64,000 bases of DNA from an uncultured Desulfosarcina sp. (GCA_963674945.2 CAXXWQ010000003.1:2432001-2496000); one strand, 5' to 3'; counted from the first letter of the stretch, positions 20,227-31,952 are shown. Notes: generated from the letters alone by a model not told the origin. Made by a program: numbers and translations.

Positions 20227-20880
20227 TTGAATGCAAACAGAATAACGCTAATTTGCAGCATCTTTCTCTTTTCGTTCACCCTGTGGGCAAAGTTGATTCT
20301 GCCCGGTACGCTTTCCGCCCATGATCGCTATTATCTGACGGCCATATTGACCATCTCGGGCCTTTTGATCGTTATCACATTGTTTCGAATGATTCGACCA
20401 ACCGGAATATCGGTCGGCAGAAAAGAAAGAAAAACATCCAGCGGACATGAGCAAAAACGTTCATTTTATCGCATTCGTTTCGAACCGGATGAACAACCCC
20501 TGTTTGTTCAACGGCACGATCCCGCCCATACGGCATCGGATGTCACCGTTCCCGTCAGTGACATCTCGGAAACAGGTATCGGACTCGTCTGCTCCGACGG
20601 TTACCGTTTAGGGGAAACGGTGATGGGTGAGGTAATGTTTCAAGATGGCGCTACGGCAGCCGTCAATGGAATCGTTATCCGCCAATCGGAGGGCCTGACC
20701 GTACTTCAACTTCACTGCACTATCGATCCCGCCCTCATAATGAAAGTCCAGCGCCATCAGATTGAGAAGAGAAAGAAAATCGGGCCGCGCCCCCCAGTGG
20801 ACCAAACCCTGCTGGATCAGAATGGCAACTCGCTTCCAAGCCATCGGCCCAAGGGTGTCTGCCGAATGAAACGGTCCTGA
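20227..20880 (+). CDS. Membrane-anchored PilZ domain protein
   Basis: Two TM segments, RSFYR and DISETG. Confidence 0.75.
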   Translation: MNANRITLICSIFLFSFTLWAKLILPGTLSAHDRYYLTAILTISGLLIVITLFRMIRPTGISVGRKERKTSSGHEQKRSFYRIRFEPDEQPLFVQRHDPAHTASDVTVPVSDISETGIGLVCSDGYRLGETVMGEVMFQDGATAAVNGIVIRQSEGLTVLQLHCTIDPALIMKVQRHQIEKRKKIGPRPPVDQTLLDQNGNSLPSHRPKGVCRMKRS

Positions 20881-20985
20881 TACGAGTCAAGGATTTTGGT
20901 CTTTTTTGGTCATCCGCCTTGTATTGTCCGGCCGGATGGCTATTTTTGCATCTGTCTGGATGTTACCCCTATGAAGTGAGCACGT

Positions 20986-22824
20986 ATGCCTGAAACACAA
21001 GCAGTCGAAAAGATACGGAATATCGCCATCATCGCCCACGTCGATCACGGAAAGACCACCCTGGTGGATGCCATGTTTCGGCAAAGCGGTCTTTTTCGCC
21101 AAGGCCAACAGGTGGATGACAGGGTCATGGATCGCATGGACTTGGAACGCGAACGGGGAATCACCATCGCCGCGAAGAACTGTTCCGTTCAGCACCGCGG
21201 GATTAAGATCAATATCGTGGATACGCCGGGGCATGCCGACTTCGGTGGTGAAGTGGAGCGGGCGCTCTCCATGGTTGACGGTGCCATCTTGCTGGTAGAC
21301 GCCTCCGAAGGTCCCCTGCCCCAAACCCGTTTCGTTCTGCAAAAGGCCCTTCTGGCAAAATTGAAAATCATCGTGGTAATCAACAAGGTGGATCGCAAGG
21401 ATGCCCGTCCCGATGCCGTACTGGACCAGATATACGATCTGCTCATCGACCTCGATGCCGACGAGGACCAGTTGGAATTTCCCCTCTTGTATGCCATCGG
21501 CAGGGACGGGACGGCCGGTCTCGCTCCGAATCGATTGTCCGACGATCTTACGCTGCTCATGGACACCATCGTCGACGAAATCCCTGCCCCCCGATTCGCA
21601 AAGGATGCGCCGTTTCAAATGCTGGTTTCCGATCTGGGATACTCGGACTACCTGGGCCGCCTGGCGGTGGGAAGGGTGGTTGGCGGAAAGGTGGAATCCA
21701 GGAACCGACTCATTCGAATCGATGCCGACGGCGAACAACACCCCTTGAAGGTTACGCGTCTACAGATCTACGAAGGGATGGATATCCAACCTGTTTCTTC
21801 CGTGGAAGCCGGAGAGATTGTGGTTTTATCCGGTATCGACGAGGTAACCATCGGCGATACCATTTGTACCGATGCCGAACCAACGGCCCTGCCCCGCATA
21901 TCCGTGGACCCGCCGACGGTTGCCATGCGTTTTTCGATCAACGACGGCCCCATGGCCGGGAAAGAGGGCAAATATGTGCAATCGGCCCGGATTCGCGAGC
22001 GTCTTTACAAGGAGACACTACTCAACGTGGCCATTCAGGTGGAACCGGCCGGCGAGGCGGATGCCTCTATCGTGAAGGGTCGAGGCGAGTTCCAATTGGC
22101 CATTCTCATCGAGACCATGCGAAGGGAGGGGTATGAGTTTTGCGTGGGGCGGCCGGAGGTGATCCTCAAACAGGTGGACGGCATGCCCCACGAACCCATG
22201 GAGCGACTTTTTGTGGATTGCGACGAGACCTTCATGGGCGTTGTGACGGAAAAACTGTCGGTGCGAAAAGGGAAAATGATGAATATGGTCAACTCCGGCA
22301 GCGGACGGGTTCGGATCGAGTTTTCAATCCCCTCCCGCGCCCTGATCGGATATCGGGATGAATTTCTCACCGATACCCGGGGAACCGGCATCATGAATTC
22401 CTACTTTCAAGGTTATGAGCCGTATCGTGGCGATTTTCCCACCCGTTTCACCGGTTCCATCGTTTCGGACAGAAAAGGCCGCGCCGTCCCCTACGCCCTC
22501 TATAACCTTGAGCCGAGGGGCCGGTTGTTTATCCTGCCCGGCGATCCGGTATATGAGGGAATGATCATCGGTGAACACAATCGAGACAAAGACATCAACG
22601 TCAACCCCGCCAAGGAGAAAAAACTGACCAATATCCGAGCCGCGGGAAAAGACGACAGCGTCGTTCTGGCACCCATCCGGCCCATGACCCTGGAGCAGGC
22701 CATCAACTTCATCGGTGAGGACGAACAGGTGGAAGTGACGCCAAAATCAATCCGGCTGCGCAAGGAAACCTTGGGCGTAAAAGCACGCTATGTGCAGCGA
22801 GGCAAAAAGAAAATTTCCGGCTGA
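20986..22824 (+). CDS. typA: Translational GTPase TypA/BipA
   Basis: [44 protein letters not shown]. Confidence 0.98.
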   Translation: MPETQAVEKIRNIAIIAHVDHGKTTLVDAMFRQSGLFRQGQQVDDRVMDRMDLERERGITIAAKNCSVQHRGIKINIVDTPGHADFGGEVERALSMVDGAILLVDASEGPLPQTRFVLQKALLAKLKIIVVINKVDRKDARPDAVLDQIYDLLIDLDADEDQLEFPLLYAIGRDGTAGLAPNRLSDDLTLLMDTIVDEIPAPRFAKDAPFQMLVSDLGYSDYLGRLAVGRVVGGKVESRNRLIRIDADGEQHPLKVTRLQIYEGMDIQPVSSVEAGEIVVLSGIDEVTIGDTICTDAEPTALPRISVDPPTVAMRFSINDGPMAGKEGKYVQSARIRERLYKETLLNVAIQVEPAGEADASIVKGRGEFQLAILIETMRREGYEFCVGRPEVILKQVDGMPHEPMERLFVDCDETFMGVVTEKLSVRKGKMMNMVNSGSGRVRIEFSIPSRALIGYRDEFLTDTRGTGIMNSYFQGYEPYRGDFPTRFTGSIVSDRKGRAVPYALYNLEPRGRLFILPGDPVYEGMIIGEHNRDKDINVNPAKEKKLTNIRAAGKDDSVVLAPIRPMTLEQAINFIGEDEQVEVTPKSIRLRKETLGVKARYVQRGKKKISG

Positions 22825-22927
22825 CGGTAATTTTCGAAAAATTTTGCGTCAACACAATCGAATCGTTTTTTTGACTTTTCACATCCTCATTATTATGGTA
22901 GCGCAAGAGAAATCAAGGAGAAGCACC

Positions 22928-23137
22928 ATGCCCATATTCGAGTATCAATGTAAGGCTTGTTGTCATCAGTTCGAGCGACTCGTTTTTGCCTCTGATGACG
23001 AGCCGACGACCTGTCCGTCCTGCAATTGTGCCGATATTCAAAAATTGATGTCTGCCGGTGCGGTCCGGCCCAATGGTATCCCAACCGGATCCGGAGGCTT
23101 CCAGCCACCTGCCTGCAGTCCGACGGGCGGGGGCTGA
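22928..23137 (+). CDS. FmdB-family zinc-ribbon protein
   Basis: MPIFEYQCKAC...FE...CPSC; AGGAG RBS. Confidence 0.88.
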   Translation: MPIFEYQCKACCHQFERLVFASDDEPTTCPSCNCADIQKLMSAGAVRPNGIPTGSGGFQPPACSPTGGG

Positions 23138-23216
23138 TCGATCTGATTTCTCGTTTCTAGGTTGGAAACGGATACAAGATCGAAGCCTTGTCGGGACCTT
23201 GGAATCCGATCAGGCG

Positions 23217-23987
23217 TCAAGTCGTACCATCGCCGTTGATATCCGGGATGGCGATTCCCATGGTGAAAAGCTCCGATTCGATCCGTGCCTGCCAACCTCG
23301 GTTGGCCGCCGGGTTGGCGGGAGAGGGGTGGGTGATCCTGCCTGTCTTGATTCCCATCTTTCCTGCTGCTGCGCCGACACGTTGTTCGGCGAATCCTCCG
23401 ATCCCCACCACCCATGAAGGCCGTAATAACTCCAGGGTCTGCATAAGCGCCCGGTCGCAAACGGCAAACAGTTTTTTCCGCTCATAGGCCGAAAGTTTGT
23501 TCGGTGTTCGATTCCGACCACTTTTCTCCATGAAGACCAGCGGACAATAGTTCAGCACGAAGAACCGCCGGAAGAAGGCATCGGGTGCCCCGAAACGGGA
23601 CTCTGCCCATCCCCACAATCGGCTGCCGCTAACCTCTTTGCGCAGACAGGAAAATCCCGTGACGGGGCGCTTTGGATGAGGATTTGCCGGCTGTCCCACG
23701 GTTTCGCAGATGCCCAGCCATTCTTTTACTTTGGCAACGTCCCCGAACGGTACGCCGGTCTGGGCCATGCCATAGGGACCGGGGTTCATGCCCACCAGCA
23801 ATACCGGCTTTGTCGTATTGCCATAGAGATGAACGTACCGGTCATATCCCTTTCTGGCATAGATCAACGGATTATAGACATGTGTAACGGGATTGGAGAA
23901 GGTAAGCCGTTCCACCGTTGTTACGAGTTCATCGGTCAGTTTCCGTATAGCGGAACCAAGATCATTTGTTGGACGCAAAACATTCAT
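23217..23987 (-). CDS. SMUG1-type (family 3) uracil-DNA glycosylase
   Basis: YNPLIYA, GMNPGPYGMAQTGVPFG, EVSGSRLW, NYCPL, HPSP. Confidence 0.93.
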   Translation of the reverse strand: MNVLRPTNDLGSAIRKLTDELVTTVERLTFSNPVTHVYNPLIYARKGYDRYVHLYGNTTKPVLLVGMNPGPYGMAQTGVPFGDVAKVKEWLGICETVGQPANPHPKRPVTGFSCLRKEVSGSRLWGWAESRFGAPDAFFRRFFVLNYCPLVFMEKSGRNRTPNKLSAYERKKLFAVCDRALMQTLELLRPSWVVGIGGFAEQRVGAAAGKMGIKTGRITHPSPANPAANRGWQARIESELFTMGIAIPDINGDGTT

Positions 23988-24330
23988 AAAAAGTACGCGT
24001 GACCGAAAATCGTTTGGGACATGGCGACGATTTTCTCGACTCGGTTGCTGATGATTTATCGCTGCGGTTATGGGCACTGTCGGCAATGCCGATCGGAGCC
24101 TACCGCAAATCGTATCGAAAAACAACACGTTGGGATTCGAAACAGGGACTACACCATCACACTGAAAACACCTAAGAACAAATAGGTATTTTCAATACAT
24201 ATCGGATCAGGTCACTCGTGGAAAAATTATGTAACATGCACAATATTATTGACTTTTCTATCAGATGATGATCATCTATAAATATACTTACAAACAATTA
24301 AAAAATCTATAGAATAGACAGGACCTTTTT

Positions 24331-25449
24331 ATGGCAAGACCCAAAAAAAGAGCGCCCCAGTCCCCTATCGCTGCGACCAAAACCCTAAACGCGAAAAGAC
24401 TCGAATCCGAAAACAGAAAACTTCGGAAAAACAACGAATCGTTAACCGATAAAAATGCCGAACTGGAGATCATCAGCCAATCCTTTATCGCCATCAATTC
24501 CAGTCTGGATCTGGACAATGTGCTGTCCAAAATACTGGAGTCCATACGAAAACTGTTTGGCGTCGTCGGAAGTTCCATATGGCTCAAGGATCCGGAATCG
24601 GGAGAGGTCGTATGTCGACAAGCCGCCGGACTGCAAAAAAATATCGTCAAAGGCTGGCACCTGGCCCCGAAAGAGGGGATCGCCGGGTGGGTAAGCTCAT
24701 ATGGCGAGAGTGTCGTTATACCGGACACCCGGGAAGACTTGCGCCATTTTCGCAAAGTGGCTGACAAGATGAATGTGGAACTCAGATCCATCATTAGCGT
24801 TCCCATGCGGGTGAAGGGCGTGATTATTGGTGCCCTGCAACTGGTGGATAAGAAGGTCGGCCGTTTTGACGAATCCCACGGGGCATTGTTAGAGACACTT
24901 GCCGAAGCTTCGGCCATCGCCATCGAAAATGCCCAACTCTATGAGCAGGCCAACCGTGAGATCGCCGAACGAAAGAAGGCCCAAAAAAAACTCAAGAAAC
25001 ATCAAATGGAGTTGAAGGAGAAAAGCGTCGCCCTCGAAGAAGTCAATACCGCGTTGAATGTGCTCTTGGAGAACCGGAAGGAAGATCAAAACAAAATGGA
25101 AGAGGTCATCGTGTCAAATGTCAAGGACATGGTTTTGCCTTTCGTGAATAAACTCCTTGAAAGTCCTTTGGATGAGAAGCAGGCTACATACGTGGAAATT
25201 ATTCACGCAAACCTCTCCAATATCGTGGCTCCCTTCCTTCGTCAGATCCCAACCCAATATTTCGATCTGACTCCGACCGAAATTCAGATCGCCGACCTGG
25301 TCCGTAAAAACAAATCCACGAAAGAAATTGCCCAGATCCTGAACGCTTCATCGAAGACCATCGAGGCCCACCGGAATCGTCTCCGGAAAAAATTGGGGCT
25401 GACCAACCGGCGAGTTCAGCTTCGTGACTACCTGATGACCTTGGTTTGA
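24331..25449 (+). CDS. GAF plus LuxR-HTH transcriptional regulator
   Basis: GAF domain (GIAGWV, SIISVPM, AIAIENAQLY); LTPTEIQIA...EIAQIL...HRNRLRKKLG. Confidence 0.9.
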   Translation: MARPKKRAPQSPIAATKTLNAKRLESENRKLRKNNESLTDKNAELEIISQSFIAINSSLDLDNVLSKILESIRKLFGVVGSSIWLKDPESGEVVCRQAAGLQKNIVKGWHLAPKEGIAGWVSSYGESVVIPDTREDLRHFRKVADKMNVELRSIISVPMRVKGVIIGALQLVDKKVGRFDESHGALLETLAEASAIAIENAQLYEQANREIAERKKAQKKLKKHQMELKEKSVALEEVNTALNVLLENRKEDQNKMEEVIVSNVKDMVLPFVNKLLESPLDEKQATYVEIIHANLSNIVAPFLRQIPTQYFDLTPTEIQIADLVRKNKSTKEIAQILNASSKTIEAHRNRLRKKLGLTNRRVQLRDYLMTLV

Positions 25450-25453
25450 TCTG

Positions 25454-25834
25454 TCATGGGGCTTTTGGTCCGATCAGCGCACGGATTTTATCAATCAATT
25501 GGACGTTGGAGAAAGGTTTCGTGATATAGGCATCTGCTCCCATGGCGAGGCCTTTTGCCATATCCGTTTCCTGGTTTTTTGCAGTGAGAAATACGATTCG
25601 AATGGATCGCCAATGCTCTTTTTGTCGAATCATGTGATAAATCTCGTAACCGTCCAGATCGGGTAGCATAATGTCCAGCAGCACCAAATTCGGTTGAAAT
25701 TCCTCGATTTTCTCGATTGCCTCCTTGCCGCTTTGGGCCAATTTCGTATCGTATCCCTCCTTTTCCAACAGGTACTGAAGCGGAACCAGGATACTCAACT
25801 CGTCATCCACGATCAAAATTCTTTTCCGATGCAT
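25454..25834 (-). CDS. Single-domain response regulator
   Basis: ILIVDDE, LLDIMLP, FLTA, YITKPF. Confidence 0.93.
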   Translation of the reverse strand: MHRKRILIVDDELSILVPLQYLLEKEGYDTKLAQSGKEAIEKIEEFQPNLVLLDIMLPDLDGYEIYHMIRQKEHWRSIRIVFLTAKNQETDMAKGLAMGADAYITKPFSNVQLIDKIRALIGPKAP

Positions 25835-26027
25835 TCCTTTGCCCCCGACCTTGCCAGCGACGTCGCAATACAAAATGCGTATTGGCGTTGCTTCTTGGGT
25901 TCCGAACAGCGACTTCTAAGGAACTCGTTTATTATTCCAATGAAAAAGGATTTTTTGCGAGATCATCAACGCTTACTTCATTCCATATACCGGTAGTATA
26001 GTGGAATTATCAAAACACCACAATCCG

Positions 26028-27068
26028 TTATGATTCGAAAAACACGGAAGGCCAATGTTTCGGCCGTTCCATCGCATACGAAACGGCATCGTTGTAGATC
26101 GCCAGGGTATTCGCTTTGCGGATTTTCTTTAATATGCGCCGTCGATCCGTCATCTGCAGGGCAAAATAGCCCCAAAACCCCTTCATCCGATCCAGCACGT
26201 GGGTGGGACCCGAAAACCGCCGCAGATAGCCATCCACCAGGTCCCGGTGAAATCGATAAAAGCGATTCCTGCCATCATGGGATTTTGGACGACCATCTTT
26301 GATCCACTCGGGTAAAAATACGTTTGCCAGAACTCCTCTTCCGATCATCCAACCCGAGGTATCGGGAAATCTTTTGGAAAGGGTGTCATAAATATCGATG
26401 CCGTTGATATCCCCGTTGTATACAACCGGATGACGAATCTCTTTAAGGCACAATTCGAAGGAGGAAAGATCGACTTGCCCCGTATACATCTGCACGCCGG
26501 TCCGGGGATGAACGATCACCCGTTGGAGGGGGTAACGATTGAAAATGGGAATGAGTTGTTTTATCTCGTCGGCAGAAAACCGACCCAGCCGCGTTTTTAT
26601 AGACAGACGACCACTTATTTTTTTTTGAATGTTCTCGAGCATTTGATCGATGATGTCGGGGTACGGCAGCAGACCAGCGCCTCTCATTTTATTGGCTACC
26701 ATTGGAAACGGACATCCCAGGTTCCAATTGATTTCACAAAATCCCATTTGGAATAATGTATCGGCAAGACGGATGAAATCATCCGGGTTGTTGCTCAAGA
26801 TCTGTGGAACCACCGGCACTCCTGAATCGTTGTTGCATGGCTCCAGATCAAAAAGATGTGATGGGTTCATCCGCCGGCCTCTGCCTGTCGGGACAAAAGG
26901 GGCGACGGCCTCATCAATGCCGCCGAAATGGCGATGGTACACGTTCCGGAAGGTTACATCGGTAAAGCCGTGCAAGGGGGCGAGAATGAGGCGTTCTTTT
27001 ACAATTTCGGTTCGAGGTGTGACGGCTTCAAACTCCGAGAACCCCTTGTCATCGCGCTTGTCATGCAT
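26028..27068 (-). CDS. tRNA-dihydrouridine synthase family protein
   Basis: LAPLHG, NLGCP, KTRLG, HPRT, NGDI, MIGRG. Start uncertain. Confidence 0.9.
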   Translation of the reverse strand: MHDKRDDKGFSEFEAVTPRTEIVKERLILAPLHGFTDVTFRNVYHRHFGGIDEAVAPFVPTGRGRRMNPSHLFDLEPCNNDSGVPVVPQILSNNPDDFIRLADTLFQMGFCEINWNLGCPFPMVANKMRGAGLLPYPDIIDQMLENIQKKISGRLSIKTRLGRFSADEIKQLIPIFNRYPLQRVIVHPRTGVQMYTGQVDLSSFELCLKEIRHPVVYNGDINGIDIYDTLSKRFPDTSGWMIGRGVLANVFLPEWIKDGRPKSHDGRNRFYRFHRDLVDGYLRRFSGPTHVLDRMKGFWGYFALQMTDRRRILKKIRKANTLAIYNDAVSYAMERPKHWPSVFFES

Positions 27069-27238
27069 TTTGATTTTTTTTAGATTTCATGAATTGTTGA
27101 CGATCCCTTTCTTTTTCCTTGAAACCGGAAGCGCACTTACCATAAAACTGCTGTGATAACGAGTCATATTGTTTTTTTGTGAATGATGCGAACGAATATT
27201 GCAACCTTACTGCGGCTTCAAAACGGATCAGAAGAAAA

Positions 27239-30200
27239 ATGAAAATGAAGATCTCCATTCGCTGGGCACTCATCGCAGGATTTTTAGGATTGATCTGGGG
27301 AACACACATTGTCACGACCACCTCTTCCTACCTCACCTCCCAGGAAGTGCTGCGTCGACACGCGACGGATATCATGAAGAACATCGCCGAACTGGCGATG
27401 GAACAATCCCAGCGGCATTTGCTTCATGCCCATGGTGCAGCGGCATTGACCAGACGCTTGTTGGCATCCAAGGTCGTCAGCAGCAAATCCGACCAGACCA
27501 ATGCCCTGGAGCGCTATTTACACGAGCAACTCTTAATCAACCCGCATTTTGCCGGAATCTATTTGGGGATGCCCAATGGCGACTTTTACGATGTACGCCG
27601 TTTCGATGCCAAAATAAAAGACGGCTTTCGCACCAAGGTAATTTTGCATTCCGAATCAGGCAGGAATGTAAACTTGATTTATCGTGATTCGAATTTCACC
27701 TTCTTGTCCGGAGAGAGCGATGACCAAGATACCTATGATCCCCGCGTCCGGCCCTGGTATCGAAAGGCCATCGACAAAAAACAAATCGTTTGGACCGAGC
27801 CCTACATCTTTTTCACCTCTCAAAAACCGGGGATCACCATTGCGGGCCCATTCTTCGATTCCAATGGAAAACTTCAGGGCGTCGTCGGGGTCGACATCGA
27901 AATCGATCAACTGTCGGTATTTATCGGGAATCTGAAAATTGGCAAGAACGGGAAGGCATTTATGCTGAACCACAATGCCGATGTCGTCGCATTCGGCGAG
28001 ATGGAAAAGCTGAAGATCAGCGATGCAAAACAAAATAACGCCTTGCGTCTGGTAAAGATACAGGAACTGGATGACGCTTATAGCCGAAAGGCGTTTGAAG
28101 CGGCTGCCATCGAAACGGATGAGGAAGGGATGCTGCTTTTGGCAAAGCCCCGTTTCTCTCGTTTTACGCACCAGGGCCATGTATATCATGCCATGTTTAC
28201 CCCCTTTTCCACACACCAATGGCCCTGGATTATCGGTGTCTATCTTCCGGAAGATGACTACCTCGGTGCCATCAAGGCCAATCGATTTCACAACATCATC
28301 GTGACCTTCGCCATCTCCTTGTTCGCTGCCGTCATGGGATTTTTCCTGGCCCGAGGCATGGTTCGTCCCATCGAGATAATGGGAAAGACCGCAAAATCCA
28401 TGAAAAAGGGCAAAGCCCCACCACTACCCCTCGTTCATTCCCGTTACAAGGAAATTCAGGAGACGGCGAATGCATTTTCTGAAATGAAAATCGCCGTCGA
28501 AAAAAGCAATCGTAAGTATCAAGGAATCTTTCACAATATCCAGGACGTTTATTTCGAGACCTCCCCCAAAGGGATACTGATCGAAATCAGCCCTTCCGTG
28601 GAACGATACTCCCGGTATCGGCGAGAGGAACTGATCGGCAAAGAGGTAGGAGGATTCTATGTGGATCCAGAAGAAAGAGACCGTTTTTTCAGGGAATTAT
28701 TGGAAAAAGGACGCATCCATGACACCGAATTGTCGGTAAAGGAAAAAGACGGCACACCCATCTATTGCTCCCTGACCGCATCGGTTCTTCGCACACCCTC
28801 CGGCAAACCCTATCGCATCATCGGTTCCTTGCGAAACATCCACGACCGAAAGATCGCCGAACAAAAACTCTTAGAATACAAAAACCATCTGGAATCCCTC
28901 GTCGATGAACGAACCCGGGAACTGAAGAGCGCCAATGTGGACCTAATCAAACAGATGGAGCGCCGCCGCGTAACGGAAAAACGTCTTCGCATCAGTGAAG
29001 AAAAATACAGGACAATTTTGGACACCATCGAAGAGGCGTACTTCGAGATGAACCTTTCGGGAATGATTACATTCGTTAACGATGCGGCTTGTCGAATCAT
29101 GGGATACACTGCCGATGAATTGTCCGGCATGCACTTCAGGCATTTTTCCGCTCACCAGCCCACGCGGACCATCATCAAAACCTTTCGCAAGGTGGTAAAG
29201 ACCGGCAAGCCTTCCGGTGTCATCACCTACCCCGTCCTCACCAAGGACAAAAACACCAAAATGATGGAACTGCGTGTCGCACTGACAACGGACACCCAGG
29301 GAACGACAACCGGCTTTAGAGGATTGGCCCGGGATGTAACGGTTAAGATCATGGCGCGAAAGGAAAAGGAAAAACTCCAGGCCCAGCTTCACCATTCCCA
29401 GCGAATGGAGGCGGTGGGTACACTTGCAGGTGGGATTGCACACGATTTCAATAACTTGTTAATGGGAATTGCGGGGAATGTGTCGCTGATTGAATCGGGT
29501 ATCGAACCCAATCACCAATTGTCCGAAAGTATCCAAGCCATCGAGCAGTGTGTGGAAAGCGGCGCCTCCCTCACCCGCCAACTGCTGGGATACGCCCGGG
29601 GGGGGAAATATCAGGTAACGGCCATCGATCTCAACGAAACGGTCCGCCGGACCGCCGAAATGTTCGGTCGAACCCAACGACAGATTCGTATCGAGACCCG
29701 ATTTGAAAGCAAAATCTGGACGGTAAGGGCCGATCAGGGACAGATCGACCAGGTGTTGATGAATCTGTATGTAAACGCCTGGCAAGCCATGACCGACGAT
29801 AAAACGCTCTCTTTGACGACAGAGAATGTGGTTTTGGACAAGGACTACGTTACACCATTCGGTGTGAAGCCCGGGAAATATGTATGTATCAGGATTCAGG
29901 ACCGAGGCTGCGGAATTGAGCCAAGTAACATCAAGCGGATCTTCGAGCCATTTTTTACGACGAAAAAAATCGGAAGGGGAACCGGTCTGGGATTGGCATC
30001 CGCTTTCGGAATCGTGAAAAACCACGGGGGAATTATCGATGTAGAAAGCCTGGTTGGGAAAGGAACCACCTTTACCATCAATCTTCCCGCCGTCGAAGAC
30101 GTTTTGGAAAACCTGCAGCATCCACAGTTTGTCAAAACGGGTAAGACAACCGGCAGGTTATTGATCGTGGATGACGAGCCGTATATCTTGAAGGCCCTGT

Positions 30201-30529
30201 CAAATGGCCTCAAACGATTCGGATACGAGGTCGTCGCCGCCGACAATGGAAAAGATGCCATTTCGCTGTTCGAAAAACAAAAAGATCTGTTTGATGCCGT
30301 GATCCTGGATATCATCATGCCCGATATGGGGGGCGACCAGGTGCTGACCGCATTGAAGCGAATCAGTCCCACGATCAAGATCATCCTTTCCAGCGGTTAT
30401 AGTTTGGACGGATTGAATAAAAATAAAAAAGAATCGCGTGGTGACGGTTTTATTCAGAAACCGTATCAAATTGATCGACTGGCAACTCTTCTCAGCAAGC
30501 TGATCAATACGGGTGAAAAAGATGAATGA
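27239..30529 (+). CDS. Hybrid sensor kinase (dCache-HAMP-PAS-PAS-HisKA-HATPase-REC)
   Basis: YDPRVRPWY, AHDFNN, GTGLGL, receiver domain. Confidence 0.93.
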   Translation: MKMKISIRWALIAGFLGLIWGTHIVTTTSSYLTSQEVLRRHATDIMKNIAELAMEQSQRHLLHAHGAAALTRRLLASKVVSSKSDQTNALERYLHEQLLINPHFAGIYLGMPNGDFYDVRRFDAKIKDGFRTKVILHSESGRNVNLIYRDSNFTFLSGESDDQDTYDPRVRPWYRKAIDKKQIVWTEPYIFFTSQKPGITIAGPFFDSNGKLQGVVGVDIEIDQLSVFIGNLKIGKNGKAFMLNHNADVVAFGEMEKLKISDAKQNNALRLVKIQELDDAYSRKAFEAAAIETDEEGMLLLAKPRFSRFTHQGHVYHAMFTPFSTHQWPWIIGVYLPEDDYLGAIKANRFHNIIVTFAISLFAAVMGFFLARGMVRPIEIMGKTAKSMKKGKAPPLPLVHSRYKEIQETANAFSEMKIAVEKSNRKYQGIFHNIQDVYFETSPKGILIEISPSVERYSRYRREELIGKEVGGFYVDPEERDRFFRELLEKGRIHDTELSVKEKDGTPIYCSLTASVLRTPSGKPYRIIGSLRNIHDRKIAEQKLLEYKNHLESLVDERTRELKSANVDLIKQMERRRVTEKRLRISEEKYRTILDTIEEAYFEMNLSGMITFVNDAACRIMGYTADELSGMHFRHFSAHQPTRTIIKTFRKVVKTGKPSGVITYPVLTKDKNTKMMELRVALTTDTQGTTTGFRGLARDVTVKIMARKEKEKLQAQLHHSQRMEAVGTLAGGIAHDFNNLLMGIAGNVSLIESGIEPNHQLSESIQAIEQCVESGASLTRQLLGYARGGKYQVTAIDLNETVRRTAEMFGRTQRQIRIETRFESKIWTVRADQGQIDQVLMNLYVNAWQAMTDDKTLSLTTENVVLDKDYVTPFGVKPGKYVCIRIQDRGCGIEPSNIKRIFEPFFTTKKIGRGTGLGLASAFGIVKNHGGIIDVESLVGKGTTFTINLPAVEDVLENLQHPQFVKTGKTTGRLLIVDDEPYILKALSNGLKRFGYEVVAADNGKDAISLFEKQKDLFDAVILDIIMPDMGGDQVLTALKRISPTIKIILSSGYSLDGLNKNKKESRGDGFIQKPYQIDRLATLLSKLINTGEKDE

Positions 30530-30551
30530 ATCGTCTCTTTGCCTTGGGTGT

Positions 30552-30950
30552 TTACCGGGGAACCATCTCCACCGTGAGGGGAACCACATGCATGGATCGA
30601 TTAATTTCCCGCGTTCTGCCAAGGGTCCATGCACCGCATTGTTTACCGTTTGACAATCGGGAATCGATCTTTCGTATGATGCTGGTGATATCGATGATCG
30701 GGTGACGCTTGAAAACCTCTGGCAGACCATGTGTCAGATTGCAGGCCAAACACTTTCCGGGACGTTGTTTCAGCCGGAATTCGAAATGAAGGCGGTCATC
30801 TGCCCCTCCGCCGTAGGCGAGAGCGATGTCATAGGCACCTTCCGATGCATCGCCAAACAAGGCTTCGAAGAACTGATCTGCGCGATCCGGGGGGAATATT
30901 TCATCGAGTACCTGCTGTGGGAAACATTTGTCTATTTCGGGTGCGCTCAT
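30552..30950 (-). CDS. Hypothetical protein with a CxxC motif
   Basis: Protein-like ORF in a minus-strand run; PGKCLACNLT. Confidence 0.7.
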   Translation of the reverse strand: MSAPEIDKCFPQQVLDEIFPPDRADQFFEALFGDASEGAYDIALAYGGGADDRLHFEFRLKQRPGKCLACNLTHGLPEVFKRHPIIDITSIIRKIDSRLSNGKQCGAWTLGRTREINRSMHVVPLTVEMVPR

Positions 30951-31094
30951 TACTGGATTTCCTCAATAGATAAAATTTTGTCTGTTCGACCGAAACATCG
31001 ATTGTACAATGCCGTTTCTTCATATAAAGCTTATCTTCTCTACATCACTGGTCCAACAAAATCAACCACCCATGCCATTGCCTTCCCTTCGTCT

Positions 31095-31952
31095 TTATTG
31101 ATTTTTGGATAACGGTTCGCCTTCCAGATAGTGTCGATCGATCCGGCGATGAATGACCGGAAGGGATTTGGGATCGGGCGGGACGAAATCGAAAATGGCT
31201 CGCAAGAAACTCACGGTGATCCGGTAGGTGGCGCCCCATAGCAGTTCGTTCTGGTCATGGTCGCGATGGATGAAACATGGAAACTCCCTTTGGGACATTT
31301 TCAACGGCTCGCGGTTCATTACTCGTCCGGACATGACAATTCGTCCGTAATGCTGGGCGCACAGGAGATCCGCCAAGGGGATTCGAATGATTTTGTCCAC
31401 CTCCCAATTCGGGAAGAAACGCTGCTGGCGGTCGATCCATACAGCCAATGGATAGATGAACCGCTCGAATAAAACCAGTTGCTGAACCGGCATCGGTCCT
31501 AAAAAGGTAACGCCGAAGGGGTTGAGCCGCATCTCTTCCAGCCCCTCCCGAAGCGCCGTTGTCAAGAGAATGGACAATTTGGCATAGTCATCGCTTCGAT
31601 ACCGACGCCACCATTTTCGATGGGGCCATCGGAAAAGAGGTGTCGCCGGCAAATCGAGCCATTTGGCGAGAAAAAGATCCAGTTTCGGTGAAATGCCGCC
31701 ACCGGGACAACACAGATCCCCGGCCTGGCGAACGTGGGGGGATCGCCTGTTCAATATCAATTCAGGGGTGCCGTCGGGGGCAGTGCCAAGAAGAAACAGG
31801 ACCGCGGAAATGGTGTGCAAATCACCGTTGGCTGTAAACCCGAAGGAAGCCGGCCAGTGGTATTGGAGACGTTTTTGAACAAGCCGAAGGAAAGCGGACC
31901 GAGATGAAGCAGAATCCACTCCGATGGTACCTGGAGATTGCATCGGGATCAT
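31095..31952 (-). CDS. Nudix hydrolase (CoA-pyrophosphatase-like)
   Basis: RSPHVRQAGDLCCPGG, TALREGLEEM, LWGATY. Confidence 0.8.
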   Translation of the reverse strand: MIPMQSPGTIGVDSASSRSAFLRLVQKRLQYHWPASFGFTANGDLHTISAVLFLLGTAPDGTPELILNRRSPHVRQAGDLCCPGGGISPKLDLFLAKWLDLPATPLFRWPHRKWWRRYRSDDYAKLSILLTTALREGLEEMRLNPFGVTFLGPMPVQQLVLFERFIYPLAVWIDRQQRFFPNWEVDKIIRIPLADLLCAQHYGRIVMSGRVMNREPLKMSQREFPCFIHRDHDQNELLWGATYRITVSFLRAIFDFVPPDPKSLPVIHRRIDRHYLEGEPLSKNQ

